This document shows, piece after piece, positions 62,532 to 64,000 of a stretch of DNA of 64,000 nt (its first letter is position 1; each line of letters starts with the position of its first letter). The notes beneath the pieces were generated by a model. It was given only the letters and a program-made list of their open reading frames with translations, ran no database searches and was not told where the DNA came from. The position numbers and the translations under genes were made by a program. This DNA comes from Vicugna vicugna. Lineage: Eukaryota. The stretch covers positions 248,001 through 312,000 of the forward strand of contig MU061668.1 of assembly GCA_013265495.1 (NCBI GenBank), read 5' to 3'.

Positions 62532-62990
62532 TGTGTGTGTGTGTGTGTGTATCTAATATATACACCTTATGAGTATATATAGTATTTGTTTTTCTGTGTC
62601 TGGCTTATTTCACTGGGCATAATGTCCTCAAAGATCATCCATGCTGTAGCCTTTGTCAGGACATCCTCTCTTTTTAAGGCTGAATGATATTCCTTTGTGT
62701 GGACAGACCACACTTAATCCATCACCCGTTGACAGACGCTGGGGTTGCCTCCATCTTCTGGCTGCTGTGAATAGCGCTGCTGTGAACCTGGGTGTTCACA
62801 TATCTGTTCAAGACCCTGCTTTCCATTACTCTGGGGACACGCCCAGAAATGGCGCTGCCGGGTCACATGGTGACTCTGTTTAACTTTTGGAGGGACCACT
62901 GTGCGGTTCTGCATGATGGCTGCACCATTTTGCATTCCCACCGCAGTGCGGAAATTGGAGGGCTCCGATTTCTCTGTATCCTCATCCACC
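62235..62990 (-). mobile_element. Old LINE-1 3' end (L1MB-type) containing a microsatellite
   Basis: aacgtgaaatttaccacttttaagtg...gtctggcttatttcactgggcataatgtcctcaaagatcatccatgctgtagc...gctgtgaatagcgctgctgtgaac. Confidence 0.9.
62483..62550 (+). repeat. Compound microsatellite (GA)23(GT)11
   Basis: Direct reading. Confidence 0.95.
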
Positions 62991-63215
62991 AGAGAAGTTT
63001 CTCAAAGGAGACTCTGGGACAACTAAGAATATTCTATCCTGCAAAGCTCTTGTTCAGATTTGATGGAGAAATCAAAAGCTTCACAGATAAACAAAAGCTA
63101 AAAGATTTCAGCACCACCAAACCAGCTTTACAACAGATGTTAAAGGACTTTCTCTAGTCATCAAACCATAAGAGAACAAAAAGAAGAAAGGGAAAAAAAA
63201 AGACCTACAGAAGAC
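62991..63215 (+). mobile_element. Young LINE-1 ORF1 C-terminus and inter-ORF spacer fragment
   Basis: Translates RIFYPAKLLFRFDGEIKSFTDKQKLKDFSTTKPALQQMLKDFL-stop (63157), the ORF1p C-terminal domain, followed by an A-rich spacer. Confidence 0.9.
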
Positions 63216-63510
63216 TGCTTTGGCAGCTCGGGGTCCCATGTAAATTTTGGAATTGTTTGCTCTAGTTCTGTGAAAAATGTCGTATTCTGGCGGGTTGCAT
63301 TGGATCTGCAGATTGCTTTGGGCAGTGTGGCCATTTTGATAGTGTTGACTCTTCCAACCCAAGAGCACAAGACATTTTTCCATTTCTCTGTATCGTCTTC
63401 AACTTCCTTCATCAACGTTTTATAGTTTTCAGAGTATAGGTAGCCTCCTTGGTTAGGTTTATTTCTAGGTATTTTGTTGTTTTTGATGCAGTTGGAATGT
63501 TTTTGCCAAT
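63215..63510 (-). mobile_element. LINE-1 ORF2 (post-RT) fragment
   Basis: Minus translation YSENYKTLMKEVEDDTEKWKNVLCSWVGRVNTIKMATLPKAICRSNA...FFTELEQTIPKFTW. Confidence 0.9.
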
Positions 63511-63559
63511 TATAAAATTCTGGTTTTTGAAGTGAAGAGAAAAAAAAGTGAACAAAGGG

Positions 63560-63735
63560 CTGCAAATGGCAAAACATCCTTCCTTCTTATGGGTGAGTTG
63601 TGCGCCACCACACAGGTATGCTGCATCTTCCTCGTCCATTCATCTGTCGATGTGCACTTGGGGTGCTCCCACGTCTTGGCAATTGTAAAGAATGTTGCTG
63701 TTAATAGCGGGCTGTATGTATTTTTCTGAATTAAT
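63560..63735 (-). mobile_element. LINE-1 3' fragment
   Basis: gctgcaaatggcaaaacatccttccttcttatgggtgag...tccattcatctgtcgatgtgcacttgggg...ttggcaattgtaaa. Confidence 0.8.
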
Positions 63736-63779
63736 CCTCATTTTGTGGTTGGCTTTGTTCCTTTGATAACTATGTAAGT

Positions 63780-63950
63780 TTAAAAAGCTGAAGCCCTAAA
63801 CGTTCTTAGAAACAAAGGACAGTACACACATACAAATGTAAAAAACACATGCAGTTTATCGTGTATATGTACTTAAATGCAATGTATTGTATATGGGCAG
63901 TCAAATTGTAACAATTCTACCTAATAAAGCTGAAAAATGAAAAACAAAGG
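63780..63950 (+). mobile_element. Old LINE-1 3' tail
   Basis: cacttaaa-like tacttaaatgcaatgtattgtatatg...attctacctaataaagctgaaaaa. Confidence 0.6.
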
Positions 63951-64000
63951 TACACTCTGGGGTACGGACTCTGGTGGGCCGTGACCCAGTACTGCAACGG

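Noticed and set aside
1-64000. Known miRNA, snRNA, snoRNA or rRNA genes, and prokaryotic systems (operons, defence islands)
   Set aside because: No sequence I recognise. Partial seeds such as TTTGGTCCC (about 11821) and TGGAATGT (about 63492, inside L1) do not extend to mature miRNAs. An Infernal/Rfam scan would be the decisive test.

Overview
This window is GC-rich, CpG-rich mammalian genomic DNA, not prokaryotic. It is probably camelid (llama/alpaca/camel): it has a tRNA-derived SINE head at about 7858-7924 and the tail motif GGGGAGGTAATTAGGTTTATTTAT at about 38229-38252, both of which I recall from camelid SINEs, and I saw no Alu, B1 or CAN-SINE elements. I found no credible protein-coding gene, rRNA, functional tRNA, CRISPR array or operon. 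The ORF track is explained by GC-rich stop depletion, non-ATG starts and decayed L1 frames. The window looks like a large intron or gene desert built from old interspersed repeats (L1, L2, MIR, MLT1/MER21 LTRs, Charlie1, MER5A, MADE2), a few younger L1/SINE insertions, microsatellites and four N-gaps. It also holds one CpG island (about 3760-4310), a strong CTCF-type motif and several enhancer-like non-repeat islands. I cannot support a new biological system. The two structures not explained by standard annotation are: (1) a degenerate 9-bp tandem array plus A-rich tract enclosed by a 15-bp inverted repeat (12838-13222); (2) an old ~0.9-kb local duplication (about 33590-34530 and 40375-41240) containing a 175-bp perfectly identical tract, suggesting recent gene conversion. 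Repeat family names come from remembered consensus sequences, and boundaries are approximate (tens of bp).
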